From a virus (Duplodnaviria > Caudoviricetes), in the IMG/VR virus record IMGVR_UViG_2687453145_000002, positions 1 through 64,000 of that record: a stretch of DNA of 64,000 nt; one strand, 5' to 3'. The translations under genes were made by a program, and so were the position numbers. The first letter of the stretch is position 1. Every line of letters starts with the position of its first letter. Positions 17,134 to 26,375 of this stretch are shown here, in pieces. The notes beneath the pieces are model-generated. The model had not been told where the DNA came from, did no database searches, and was given only the letters and a program-made list of their open reading frames with translations.

Positions 17134-18849
17134 TTATCTTGAAATTTCATCTCTACCTTTAAGTTCGCTGAATTTAGCCCATGGCTTTTCATATTCACCA
17201 ATTAGATTTGCACCGTAATAGCTATAATAAGCAGAGTAATGGTTTTGTTTCGTAATCGCATCTATGCAGCTTCTTATTATTATTTGTCTCTCTATATTTT
17301 TAAAATCCTCTCCATATAGATTCATCATTGGAATCCAGTCATACAGTGCTCGACATCTATCGAATACAAAAAGATCTAAATACATAGTGCGTTCTTTAGC
17401 TGTATACATGGCGCGCCAATGGGCATCAGAGTTCATGTGATATGGACTCCCCAACTGATTTAATGCAAGCTCAATCCAAAGATGTGACATAGGAACATCA
17501 CAGAATTTCCCACCAATTTTATCTGGCAAAGCATTTGTAATTTTTTCTATGGAGTTTGATAAGTCAGTTGAAAGAGTGTTCTGATAGTTATAGCTAGCAT
17601 TTCTCAATAGGTCGTAAAACTGAACAGCGTTGTAATATGAATAGGTAGGACTTTTGGTTGTGAATTGTTGAAACCAATAGTTTTCAATTCTCGTTTCTGA
17701 TTCTTCTAATGACTTTATGAAGTGCCAGATAGGGAAGTTTTCATGCTCTTGATATAACTCCGATCCTGAATAGTCTACATCAGGGTCTAAATAAACATCT
17801 AAATCAAGTTCTAAACCAAGTTCTAAATCAAGATCAAAATTAAGTTCAAGAGGCTCAATCTCCTCATCTAAAGAAGGACTGTCATCAATTGGATAGCTAG
17901 AATAGGTTAACGGAATGTCCTCGTGGTGCATTTCAGAATCATCAATTCTCGACATTTTATTTATTGATTCAATAATTACATCATCTTTCCCCATAAAAAT
18001 ATTTTTTAACGTGGCGTTATTGGAAATTCGGTGTATGGGCTGAATGTAACCTGCAAACATTGATGGGTAGTGGGTTGAGAACGCACTATATGCACATTCA
18101 AAATTTTTCTCTATGAGAATCTCAAAATCTTCTTGTTCACTATATCCATTACAATCAGCACTTTCATAGTATCCTTCACTACTAATATCGCCGGTATAAA
18201 TAGATTCTTCAATGTGAGGTTGGTGTTTAAAATATTTTGATAAGAATTTTATGTTCTCTGGGTTTTTGTCAGGTAACGTACTATTTATAATTAGTACCCC
18301 TAGATCGGACAACGACTGGTGTTCAAAAACTGCATTGATGGTCAGCAATGGTGGGCTTGATCTACTAAATAATGGCCCAGTGAAGTCAAGATATATAATG
18401 TCAAACTTCATTGGTGTAACCTTCATCATTTCACTAATTGTTCCGTGAAAAACCTTTAATGTTGGATATTTTTCCCTAGCAGAATGTAGCGCTGAGTTAT
18501 ACATTTTTTTATTGGATTCAATTGCCCAAACATTCTCTACTTTAACGCCGTGACGGAGCATGATATCCAGATCGTTCTCTGGTTCTGGTCCGCAAAAATA
18601 TGCAATTTTTAAATTTCCTGCTATTTTGTCTTGGTATGATGATTCTGCAAAATCACACCAAGAATCTAAATATCGTTTTTCATAAGGAGTGCCGGATAAA
18701 ATGTCATTAAAAGAATGATTCCAAAGATTGATTATATAATCACTTTTCAATACTCTATTAAGAGCGCGCTTGGTTGTTAGTTTCGTTATAGCTTGTGACC
18801 AAATTTTGTTTCTGCTTTTCTCTTTTACTTCTTGTTTGTAGTTGCTCAT
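17134..18849 (-). CDS. Low-GC 571-aa protein with N-terminal SAM-methyltransferase-like fold
   Basis: IAYFCGPE, VWAIE, FDIIYLDF Rossmann-like strand pattern; remainder not recognised. Confidence 0.6.
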   Translation of the reverse strand: MSNYKQEVKEKSRNKIWSQAITKLTTKRALNRVLKSDYIINLWNHSFNDILSGTPYEKRYLDSWCDFAESSYQDKIAGNLKIAYFCGPEPENDLDIMLRHGVKVENVWAIESNKKMYNSALHSAREKYPTLKVFHGTISEMMKVTPMKFDIIYLDFTGPLFSRSSPPLLTINAVFEHQSLSDLGVLIINSTLPDKNPENIKFLSKYFKHQPHIEESIYTGDISSEGYYESADCNGYSEQEDFEILIEKNFECAYSAFSTHYPSMFAGYIQPIHRISNNATLKNIFMGKDDVIIESINKMSRIDDSEMHHEDIPLTYSSYPIDDSPSLDEEIEPLELNFDLDLELGLELDLDVYLDPDVDYSGSELYQEHENFPIWHFIKSLEESETRIENYWFQQFTTKSPTYSYYNAVQFYDLLRNASYNYQNTLSTDLSNSIEKITNALPDKIGGKFCDVPMSHLWIELALNQLGSPYHMNSDAHWRAMYTAKERTMYLDLFVFDRCRALYDWIPMMNLYGEDFKNIERQIIIRSCIDAITKQNHYSAYYSYYGANLIGEYEKPWAKFSELKGRDEISR

Positions 18850-18890
18850 TATTAATTTGTCTATGACAGTAACAGTGACTTGGATGGTAA

Positions 18891-18949
18891 CTCATATGGT
18901 TCCGATTGTTGAGTGTAATGAGCACTAAGCCAGGATGGGATCACAGATT
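18891..18949. repeat. Cassette upstream repeat, copy B
   Basis: GAGTGTAATGAGC...CAGGA.GGGATCACAGATT shared with 16789-16827. Confidence 0.8.
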
Positions 18950-19012
18950 TTGTGTGGGCACTGATGGAGGGAGATAGAGCGGGAGAGAGGCGCCCGCTCA
19001 GGATAGGAGGAA

Positions 19013-19252
19013 TCAGGCTGCAGCGATGGGCTCGGTTCTGAAAATCTCGTTTCGGTGATAGGCGAGGTATACGGCTTGCTTTGGTTCGAAGCGGCCGACG
19101 TTCAGAGGTAACTCAACCCCCCACTGTTGCAGTGCCTGCTCGATGCTGGGTTCGGCACACAGCAGGTCGCCGGCGTCAGTGAAGGTGATCCAGCCTTGAT
19201 CGAACAGCTTATCGATGTGAGGCGAGAGCAGCAGGCCGTTGTTCCCATCCGG
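19013..19252 (-). pseudogene. C-terminal remnant of an HNH endonuclease
   Basis: DGNNGLLLSPHIDKLFDQGWITF...YLAYHR; N-terminus missing. Confidence 0.7.
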
Positions 19253-19458
19253 ACGCTTTTCTCGCGTCAAGGCTCGATATAGCTGGCAATCAGCAGAGCC
19301 TTGTTGGTGACGCAATCCTTTACTCATACCAGCTACATTTCAATTCAATCGCAAAACCAGAACGGTTTAATCGTTTTTAATCGTTTTTTTTAGAATTAAA
19401 CAATGACTTAGTCTAGGAGGTGCAGGCAGGGATAAATCTAGAAGAAATAAGGGAAGAA

Positions 19459-20973
19459 ATGAAAACAATGACAAAATTGACAATAGCTCTTATGTCGGGC
19501 CTCGCATTACACGTTCAAGCTGATGTCCTCACCCGCGATAACGGTGCGCCTGTAGGTGATAATCAGCATTCAACTACCGCCGGTGCGAATGGCTCTGTCT
19601 TGCTGCAGGATGTGCATCTCATCCAGAAATTGCAGCGTTTTGCCAGAGAGCGGATCCCCGAGCGGGTTGTTCATGCTCGTGGCACTGGCGCCCATGGCGA
19701 GTTCGAAGTGACCCAGGCTATTCCAGAGCTCACCTCTGCCAGCCTATTCTCAGCCGTAAACAAGAAAACACCTGTTTTTGTCCGCTTCTCCACTGTTATT
19801 CATGGTCAACACAGCCCAGAGACCCTCCGGGACCCGCGGGGCTTTGCTACCAAGTTTTATACCGACCAGGGCAACTGGGATTTGGTAGGCAATAACCTAC
19901 CGGTGTTCTTCATCCGGGACGCCATCAAGTTTCCCGATATGGTCCACTCTCTCAAGCCTTCACCGGTCGACAATATTCAAGATCCGAACCGTGTGTTTGA
20001 CTTCATGAGCCAGGATCCTGCATCTACCCATATGCTGACTCAGGTCTACTCCGACCTCGGTACCCCAGCCAGCTATCGCAAAATGGATGGCTTCGGCGTG
20101 CATGCCTACAAGTTCGTCAACGCCAAGGGCGATGTGCATTACGTCAAATTCAACTGGCGCAGCCGGCAGGGGGTGAGCAGTCTGGATCTAGATCAGGTCG
20201 CTAAGGTGCAGGGTCAGGATTTCAACCATCTGACCCGGGATCTGTACAGTGCCATCAAGGCCGGCGACTACCCGAAATGGGATCTAGCCATTCAGGTGTT
20301 AAAGCCCTCTCAGCTGAACGACTTTAGCTACAACCCGTTGGATGCAACCAAGGTGTGGGAGGGAGTTCCTGAGCAGAAGATTGGGACCATGACCCTCAAT
20401 CGAATGCCTGACAATTTCTTCCAGGAAACCGAACAGTCGGCCTTTGCTCCGGCCAACCTAGTATCGGGTATCGAACCTTCTGAAGATCGTCTGCTGCAGG
20501 GACGTCTGTTCGCCTACAGCGATACCCAGTTCTATCGCCTCGGAGCGAACCATCAGCAGTTGCCTATCAACCGCCCACTGGTTCCGGTTGTGAGTAACAA
20601 CCAGGACGGTGCCATGAACATCGGCAAGACAATCAGCAACGTGAACTACGAACCGAGCAGCCAGGCACCTAAGACCATGGTGGCAGAAGCTCGTGCAGTC
20701 ACGACTGCGTTAGAAGGGACTGTTCAGCAGAAGCAGATCGAGAAGACTGATAACTTCAGCCAGGCCGGCAATTTCTATCGCTCTCTCGATGCCAAAGGAA
20801 AGACCAATCTCGTGCGCAACTTGGCTGCCGATCTGGGTGCTGTGCGTGACAGTGCAGTGAAGCACAAGATGCTCGCGCACTTTTACAAAGCAGACAGTGA
20901 GTATGGTATGGCCCTGATTCGCGCCGTTAAGGGGGATGAGCAACGGGTCAAACAGCTCGCGACCAAACTGTAA
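19459..20973 (+). CDS. katB: Monofunctional heme catalase with signal peptide (KatB-like)
   Basis: FARERIPERVVHARG, RDPRGFATKFYT, RLFAYSDTQ; signal peptide ...LHVQA|DVLT. Confidence 0.95.
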   Translation: MKTMTKLTIALMSGLALHVQADVLTRDNGAPVGDNQHSTTAGANGSVLLQDVHLIQKLQRFARERIPERVVHARGTGAHGEFEVTQAIPELTSASLFSAVNKKTPVFVRFSTVIHGQHSPETLRDPRGFATKFYTDQGNWDLVGNNLPVFFIRDAIKFPDMVHSLKPSPVDNIQDPNRVFDFMSQDPASTHMLTQVYSDLGTPASYRKMDGFGVHAYKFVNAKGDVHYVKFNWRSRQGVSSLDLDQVAKVQGQDFNHLTRDLYSAIKAGDYPKWDLAIQVLKPSQLNDFSYNPLDATKVWEGVPEQKIGTMTLNRMPDNFFQETEQSAFAPANLVSGIEPSEDRLLQGRLFAYSDTQFYRLGANHQQLPINRPLVPVVSNNQDGAMNIGKTISNVNYEPSSQAPKTMVAEARAVTTALEGTVQQKQIEKTDNFSQAGNFYRSLDAKGKTNLVRNLAADLGAVRDSAVKHKMLAHFYKADSEYGMALIRAVKGDEQRVKQLATKL

Positions 20974-21088
20974 TTTTGCCCCCGCCAGGCAGGCGGCGGG
21001 GGTAACTCGGTAAGTCCTGCAGGGCCCACTTGTTCCTGCCTGCAATCATGAACCGGGCCTTGCAGGCATTATGTTGGAGGAGTGCAGG

Positions 21089-21634
21089 ATGGTACCTAGC
21101 CGTTTGCTGCTGAGTCTGCTTGTTGCGCTGATGGGGTTGTCTGAACCCGCCTGGGGTAGCGAGCCGACAGAGGCGGAGCAATTGCCGCAAGTCAGCTTGC
21201 AAGACTATTTCTTTGCAGCTGCTCGTAGCGGAGAGGTGAGTGTACTGAATGAATTTATTAACGCTGGCTTCCCGATTGATGAGCGTAACGTGCAGAGCTA
21301 TACGGCACTGATGATTGCTGCTTATCAGGGGCAATCCGAAGCTGTTCACTCCCTACTCAAAGCCGGTGCCGATGCCTGTTTGCGTGACAAACGGGGTCAT
21401 ACTGCTCTGATGGGCGCGGTTATCAAGGGTGAGTGGCGCATTGCTAAAACCCTTTATGCTATCGACTGTGACATGAACAGCAATCGTCGACCCGATGAGC
21501 CTGTTACCGACAAAAACACCATGACGGCAGCTCAGTTTGCCGAGCGTTTCGGGCAGGGCGAGCGGTTTCGAGCTCTGGCCACAGGTGCAGGGAAAGGCAA
21601 TTCCACCGAGGGGAACTCACCCTCGATGCAATAA
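21089..21634 (+). CDS. ankB: Periplasmic ankyrin-repeat protein (AnkB-like)
   Basis: [11 protein letters not shown] and [12 protein letters not shown] ankyrin repeats; signal peptide; directly after catalase. Confidence 0.85.
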   Translation: MVPSRLLLSLLVALMGLSEPAWGSEPTEAEQLPQVSLQDYFFAAARSGEVSVLNEFINAGFPIDERNVQSYTALMIAAYQGQSEAVHSLLKAGADACLRDKRGHTALMGAVIKGEWRIAKTLYAIDCDMNSNRRPDEPVTDKNTMTAAQFAERFGQGERFRALATGAGKGNSTEGNSPSMQ

Positions 21635-21650
21635 AGTAAGGAGAAGAAAG

Positions 21651-22166
21651 ATGAATAACCGATTGAGTAAAGTGATGCTTGCAGCAGTACTGGTAACCAG
21701 CGTCAATGCCACCGCAGCTACAGTGACGATGAAGGATCTGGCCAGTGGGGCTGTTGTTGGGCATGTCGAGTTGAGTGAAAGTCCTTATGGCGCAGTCTTT
21801 ACTCCGGCGCTGTCTTCTTTACCTGCCGGTCTGCATGGATTCCATGTTCACGCCAACGGGAGCTGCGACAGTAGTATGAAGGATGGGCAAAGCGTTGCGG
21901 GTGGCGCGGCCGGTGGTCACTATGACCCCCAACAAACCGGGCGCCATGGTGCCCCCTGGCAAGATGATGCCCACAAGGGGGATTTACCACCTCTATATGT
22001 CGACGATGCAGGTAAAGCTGTCCAGCCGGTGCTGGCACCGCGCCTTACCCTGGCGGAGCTGAGTGGTAAGGCCTTGATGGTCCATGCCGGCGGTGATAAC
22101 CACTCCGATCATCCTGCTCCCCTGGGTGGCGGTGGTGCGAGAGTTGTCTGCGGTCTAATACCCTAA
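21651..22166 (+). CDS. sodC: Cu/Zn superoxide dismutase
   Basis: HGFHVH, AGGHYDP, H.GDLP, HAGGDN, GGGGAR..CG; signal peptide. Confidence 0.95.
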   Translation: MNNRLSKVMLAAVLVTSVNATAATVTMKDLASGAVVGHVELSESPYGAVFTPALSSLPAGLHGFHVHANGSCDSSMKDGQSVAGGAAGGHYDPQQTGRHGAPWQDDAHKGDLPPLYVDDAGKAVQPVLAPRLTLAELSGKALMVHAGGDNHSDHPAPLGGGGARVVCGLIP

Positions 22167-22256
22167 CTTAAGAAAGTTGGACTTACTTTGCCTAATATTT
22201 ACTGATCCACTAAAAGGAGGTTGTTCAACAACCTCTTTTACTGTTATTTTTTGAAC

Positions 22257-22955
22257 TTATGTAGGATTGTTATCTCTGGGTAGATAAATGTAATTATCTT
22301 CAGTGTAGTTATAAGTGAAACCACATCCATCTAGAATCCCAATTTTCATTATTCCAAGATATAATAAACAGGTTAGAATGAACTTTATGTTCTCGATGGG
22401 GCTCATGTCGTTCATGTTGGTTATGGAAGTCACTGTTATAATAAGTGATTCGGCTTCTTCTGAACTTGAAAATAAATTTATAATGCTGGCTATTAAGAAA
22501 GCGAGACAGTATTGCTCTAATTTATTGTTGGAGTCTTTTTTTTGCTGCTTTTCCTTAAATGCTTCATAAGCTACTGCATTATTATTTTTTATTGCCATAG
22601 CTCTGAGTTCCCAGATGTTCTTTAGGTCTTTTCTTGGCTCCACAGCTGATGAGTTGGATTTGAAGAAATTTATAATGCCAAATGGTATAAAACTGACTAT
22701 TGCGATAATTGAAATTCTTGCAGTTGCCACAATAAATGTAATGTAGAAACTAAAAAAACAAATAAATGCAAGCGCACTACCCATGGTAAATGCTTTATCT
22801 ACTTCATTCCAGCTCAGTCTGAGCAGTGAAGCGTTGCTATGTGTTATTAGTGTGCTGTCTAGCATCAGGACAAATGTTCCAAGCAAGACAAAATACTTAA
22901 AGTCATCTACTTTGTTTAGAACTTGATTAGCTTCCGAAGCTACTTTCCCAAGCAT
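22257..22955 (-). CDS. Low-GC multi-TM membrane protein
   Basis: Several hydrophobic helices; AT-rich. Confidence 0.65.
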   Translation of the reverse strand: MLGKVASEANQVLNKVDDFKYFVLLGTFVLMLDSTLITHSNASLLRLSWNEVDKAFTMGSALAFICFFSFYITFIVATARISIIAIVSFIPFGIINFFKSNSSAVEPRKDLKNIWELRAMAIKNNNAVAYEAFKEKQQKKDSNNKLEQYCLAFLIASIINLFSSSEEAESLIITVTSITNMNDMSPIENIKFILTCLLYLGIMKIGILDGCGFTYNYTEDNYIYLPRDNNPT

Positions 22956-23266
22956 GTCTACCTGCCTATCTATAATAGTGACGATTCATTTACCATGTGC
23001 TGGTGTATCATTTCGAACCGGGCCATGAAGAGGCGTGCTCGATTTATATCACCAGAAAACTAAGTGTTTCAGCCTACTAAACAGCAATGCAAGAAATATC
23101 CACCGATTCTTAATGTCTAGGCCCTGTTTGGGGCAAATTTATTTGAGTGTGGATACCTAGCTGGTTCCGCTCACTTCTGGTGCGTGACAGAAATTCTCAA
23201 GAGTGGGTACCATTGCCAATGCCGGACTTAGACCACCCGGCTTTGAGTAACCAAAGGACCCAGACC

Positions 23267-24028
23267 ATGACCAAAGCACATACCCGAGATCTATCTCAAG
23301 AAGTCCATTTTCCCCTGTCGCCACTCTCCGTACTCAAGAGAAACGGAAGGATAGTGGGTGTCAACTTTGAGGAGGAGATTGTCTATTCCGACTCCGAAAC
23401 TGCTGCATTTGTGCTTGGTATCCCTCATCACACGGTACTCCAAGCCTGTAAGACGTTAGAGGCGTCAGCTGCGTTTTTCAGTGATTTTTGCCCAATTGAT
23501 GATGTCAGTGGGGGCGATCTCTACGAGTTTACGAGGTGTGGCTTCAATGCGCTTATCGACACCCTTGCGGTACCGATGAGTAGCTTTGCTGTTTGGCATT
23601 ACCTAAATGAATTTACGCATAGTGCACAGGATTTAGCTGAGTTCATGGAAATAACCCACAAACTCGAGCAGCTAAACAGTGTGATCATGTTTGGGATGTT
23701 GGAGATTGGCAGACAATTTGAGCAGCTAAAGAGAGAGCAAGAACACGACCGGCGGAGCCAGAGCTCGTTTGTCTATTTGATGGAGTGTTTATCTACAGGT
23801 CTATTCAAGATTGGTAGGACCACGGATCTAGTAAGCAGGCTCAAGCAAATCCAGTCCATGTCCGCTGGGAGACTGCGAATTGTACAGTATGCAAGGGGTG
23901 GTTCTGAGCTTGAGAGTCGTCTGCATAGAGAATTCTCAGGTAAGCGGCAGCATGGCGAGTGGTTTTCCTTCGATGACCTTGATTTGCAGCGAATTAAGCT
24001 GTCTCTTTCGAAGGAAGATGCGGCATGA
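23267..24028 (+). CDS. Rha-like N-terminus + GIY-YIG/T5orf172-like C-terminus protein
   Basis: FVYLM...KIGRT...RL...LE..LH..F...R..GEWF motif; AGGACCCAGACC RBS. Confidence 0.7.
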   Translation: MTKAHTRDLSQEVHFPLSPLSVLKRNGRIVGVNFEEEIVYSDSETAAFVLGIPHHTVLQACKTLEASAAFFSDFCPIDDVSGGDLYEFTRCGFNALIDTLAVPMSSFAVWHYLNEFTHSAQDLAEFMEITHKLEQLNSVIMFGMLEIGRQFEQLKREQEHDRRSQSSFVYLMECLSTGLFKIGRTTDLVSRLKQIQSMSAGRLRIVQYARGGSELESRLHREFSGKRQHGEWFSFDDLDLQRIKLSLSKEDAA

Positions 24029-24465
24029 GCTCCTATCCCAAATATTTCCTCCGCAGCCCTGAAATCCGGTCCCGTGCTTGCCAGATGGTCGCTGGCCTGC
24101 CGGTTGACCAAGACAAGCCTCTGGTCATCGAAATCAAGGAGATGACCCGCTCCCTAGCTCAGAATGCCCTGTTCTGGGCTGTCATGACCGATATCGCCGA
24201 GCAGGTGAACTGGCACGGCCGCAAGCTCGCCAAGGAGGACTGGAAGCATGTGCTCAGCGCAGCGCTGTACCAGCAGGACGTGGTACCGAACATCGACGGC
24301 AATGGGTTCGTGGTGTTGGGCAAGTCCACCTCCAAGATGACCGTGCGCGAGATGCGCGACCTCATCGAACTGGCCCAATCCTTCGGCGCTCAGCAGGGCG
24401 TGAAGTTCGGGGATGAATCCCGCCGAGGCTTCGACTGGGTAGCCGCCTACGGGAGGGCTGCATGA
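24025..24465 (+). CDS. ninB: NinB-family recombination protein
   Basis: RSLAQNALFWAVMTDIAEQV.WHG...STSKM. Confidence 0.9.
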   Translation: MSSYPKYFLRSPEIRSRACQMVAGLPVDQDKPLVIEIKEMTRSLAQNALFWAVMTDIAEQVNWHGRKLAKEDWKHVLSAALYQQDVVPNIDGNGFVVLGKSTSKMTVREMRDLIELAQSFGAQQGVKFGDESRRGFDWVAAYGRAA

Positions 24466-24779
24466 GCAAGACCAAGGCTGATAAGCAGCATCTATCCGAC
24501 GTCGCCTCCCTGGGTTGTGTTGCATGTCGCAATGCTGGCCTGGGGCCGAGCCTCGCGGAAATTCACCATGTGCGCTCTGGCGCCGGGATGGCCCAGCGCG
24601 CCGAGTACACCCGAGTGCTGCCCCTTTGCCCCCGGCACCACCGCGCCTGCTACCCCACCGGCTTCCACGCCGCCCCGAGCACCTGGCAGCAGGAACACGG
24701 CAGCGAGGAGGCCCTGCTCACCCAGGTGGCCCAGGAAGTCGCCGAATTGCGCAAGAACACTATCGGGAGGGCGGCGTGA
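24462..24779 (+). CDS. Ref/DUF968-like HNH zinc protein
   Basis: GCVAC...EIHH...LPLCPRHH. Confidence 0.75.
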   Translation: MSKTKADKQHLSDVASLGCVACRNAGLGPSLAEIHHVRSGAGMAQRAEYTRVLPLCPRHHRACYPTGFHAAPSTWQQEHGSEEALLTQVAQEVAELRKNTIGRAA

Positions 24780-25198
24780 TCCACCTCACCGCCCTTGATG
24801 CGACCCGGTTGCTGGGTAGCAGTCCCAAGGCCAGAAGCGCATCCAACCAAGTGCGCAAGGCTCAACAAGTCACCAGCCTGCACGGCAAGGTGCTGGCCCA
24901 GCTGGTTGGCTTCCCTGACCCGGACACTGAGCTGCTGTTCCACCCGCGCCGCAAGTGGCGACTCGATTACGCCTGGCCCACCCACATGATCGCCGTCGAG
25001 ATCCACGGCGGGATCCACTCCGGCGGCCGGCATACTCGGGGCCGTGGGTTTGTAGAGGACCGCGCCAAGATGAACGAGGCCGCCCTGCTGGGGTGGACTG
25101 TCATCGAAGCCACGCCCGAGCACATCAAATCCGGCCAGTTGCGCGCCTGGCTGCTCGCCGCCTTCAACCAGGACCCAGACCAGAGGACCAACCCATGA
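24776..25198 (+). CDS. PD-(D/E)XK (Vsr/DUF559-like) endonuclease
   Basis: FHPRRKWRLDYAWP...AVEIHGG...H.RG...D..K.N.A..LGW. Confidence 0.75.
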   Translation: MIHLTALDATRLLGSSPKARSASNQVRKAQQVTSLHGKVLAQLVGFPDPDTELLFHPRRKWRLDYAWPTHMIAVEIHGGIHSGGRHTRGRGFVEDRAKMNEAALLGWTVIEATPEHIKSGQLRAWLLAAFNQDPDQRTNP

Positions 25199-25896
25199 CC
25201 AACTCTATTGAAATAGCTCTGCGCCTATTCTCGCCGAAAGGGGCGCTCCACGAACCCGCCGGCAGCAGGCAGTTCAATGCTCTGGGCCGGGACGAGTTTA
25301 TCGGCGCCCTGCAGGTTGCTGCGAAGAACAACCCCCAGGGGCTCCAGTTCCTGATGGCCGATCACCTAAGTGATGAGGGGGCGATTCAGGGGCTGCTGGC
25401 TCACTTCTGCACCACTCTTGGCTGCAGTGATGCCGGCGGCATGGCCATGGCTATCCTACTGCGCCGTCCTTTGCCTGAGCAGTTGGAGCGCCTGGTGCTG
25501 TCACATCCGCACTATGACAAGGAACGCCGCCGGGCGGCCGTGGTGATGGAGAAGGCCAAGCGGGCTCACCGGGCTGGCAATGACCATGAGTACCAGCGCC
25601 TGCTGGCCGAGCGGAACGAGATCTTGCAGTTGGCCCGTCACCACTGTGTGGCCGAAATGATGCAGTCAGGGCGCTGCCCTCACTGCAGGGGAACCGGATT
25701 GCGGCCACGCCGCGGGGACGAGTGCCCGAAGTGCCATGGCACCGGGCGAGTAGTGCCCGATGCTGAATTGGTGTCGCGCCAGTTCGGCCAGGAGATGCGC
25801 CTGCGTGTCGAGCGGTTGGTTGATGAGGTGATCCATCAGGCGTCAGATCTGGTCAAGGTCATGGATCGGCAGGTGCGGGAGATGAGAGCCGCTTGA
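25195..25896 (+). CDS. Q-like late antiterminator with zinc finger
   Basis: End of the nin region; CPHCRGTG...CPKCHGTG; FSPKG N-terminal motif. Confidence 0.65.
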   Translation: MTNSIEIALRLFSPKGALHEPAGSRQFNALGRDEFIGALQVAAKNNPQGLQFLMADHLSDEGAIQGLLAHFCTTLGCSDAGGMAMAILLRRPLPEQLERLVLSHPHYDKERRRAAVVMEKAKRAHRAGNDHEYQRLLAERNEILQLARHHCVAEMMQSGRCPHCRGTGLRPRRGDECPKCHGTGRVVPDAELVSRQFGQEMRLRVERLVDEVIHQASDLVKVMDRQVREMRAA

Positions 25897-25957
25897 GTAA
25901 AACGTTGTTCAGGTGCTATTTGTTTATCTTGTTCTAATCGGTTGTTAGGTGAGGTAA

Positions 25958-26311
25958 ATGGATAGCAAGCTGAAACCGATGGCCTTACAAGTTGCCGGCT
26001 GGGGTCTCCTCTATGGCGATTTCTTCGACCTTTACGATGTCTCAGAGGCTTTTGACATTCCAAGCGCGCAGGCGGTCCAGCTGATGAACTACCTGCGCAC
26101 CTCCGATTGGGTGGATAAGGCCGTGAAGGTGCGCCGTGGATTGAGAGAAGAAGGGAAGGCGCCAAAACGCATTTTTATCAAGGTACTCTGTATTCACCAA
26201 GAGCCGGCCCCCAGGTTAGAGAAGGTGCCACCAGATCCAAAGTGGAAGCCGATTCAGCAGCAGCTGACAAAGTTGGCGAAGTTTATGCCTTCGCCGCGCG
26301 GAGCTGGCTGA
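25958..26311 (+). CDS. CaiF/GrlA-family-like transcriptional regulator
   Basis: KPMALQVAGW...VSEAFDI...AVQLMNYL...IKVLCI resembles the CaiF pattern from memory. Confidence 0.55.
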   Translation: MDSKLKPMALQVAGWGLLYGDFFDLYDVSEAFDIPSAQAVQLMNYLRTSDWVDKAVKVRRGLREEGKAPKRIFIKVLCIHQEPAPRLEKVPPDPKWKPIQQQLTKLAKFMPSPRGAG

Positions 26312-26324
26312 CCGATTGTTTTGT

Positions 26325-26353
26325 AAAAAAGCCAAGGCATTGCCTTGGCTTTG
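26325..26353. terminator. Bidirectional terminator
   Basis: AAAAAAGCCAAGGCA-T-TGCCTTGGCTTT. Confidence 0.8.
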
Positions 26354-26375
26354 TTGGACAATATGAATTGCAATT

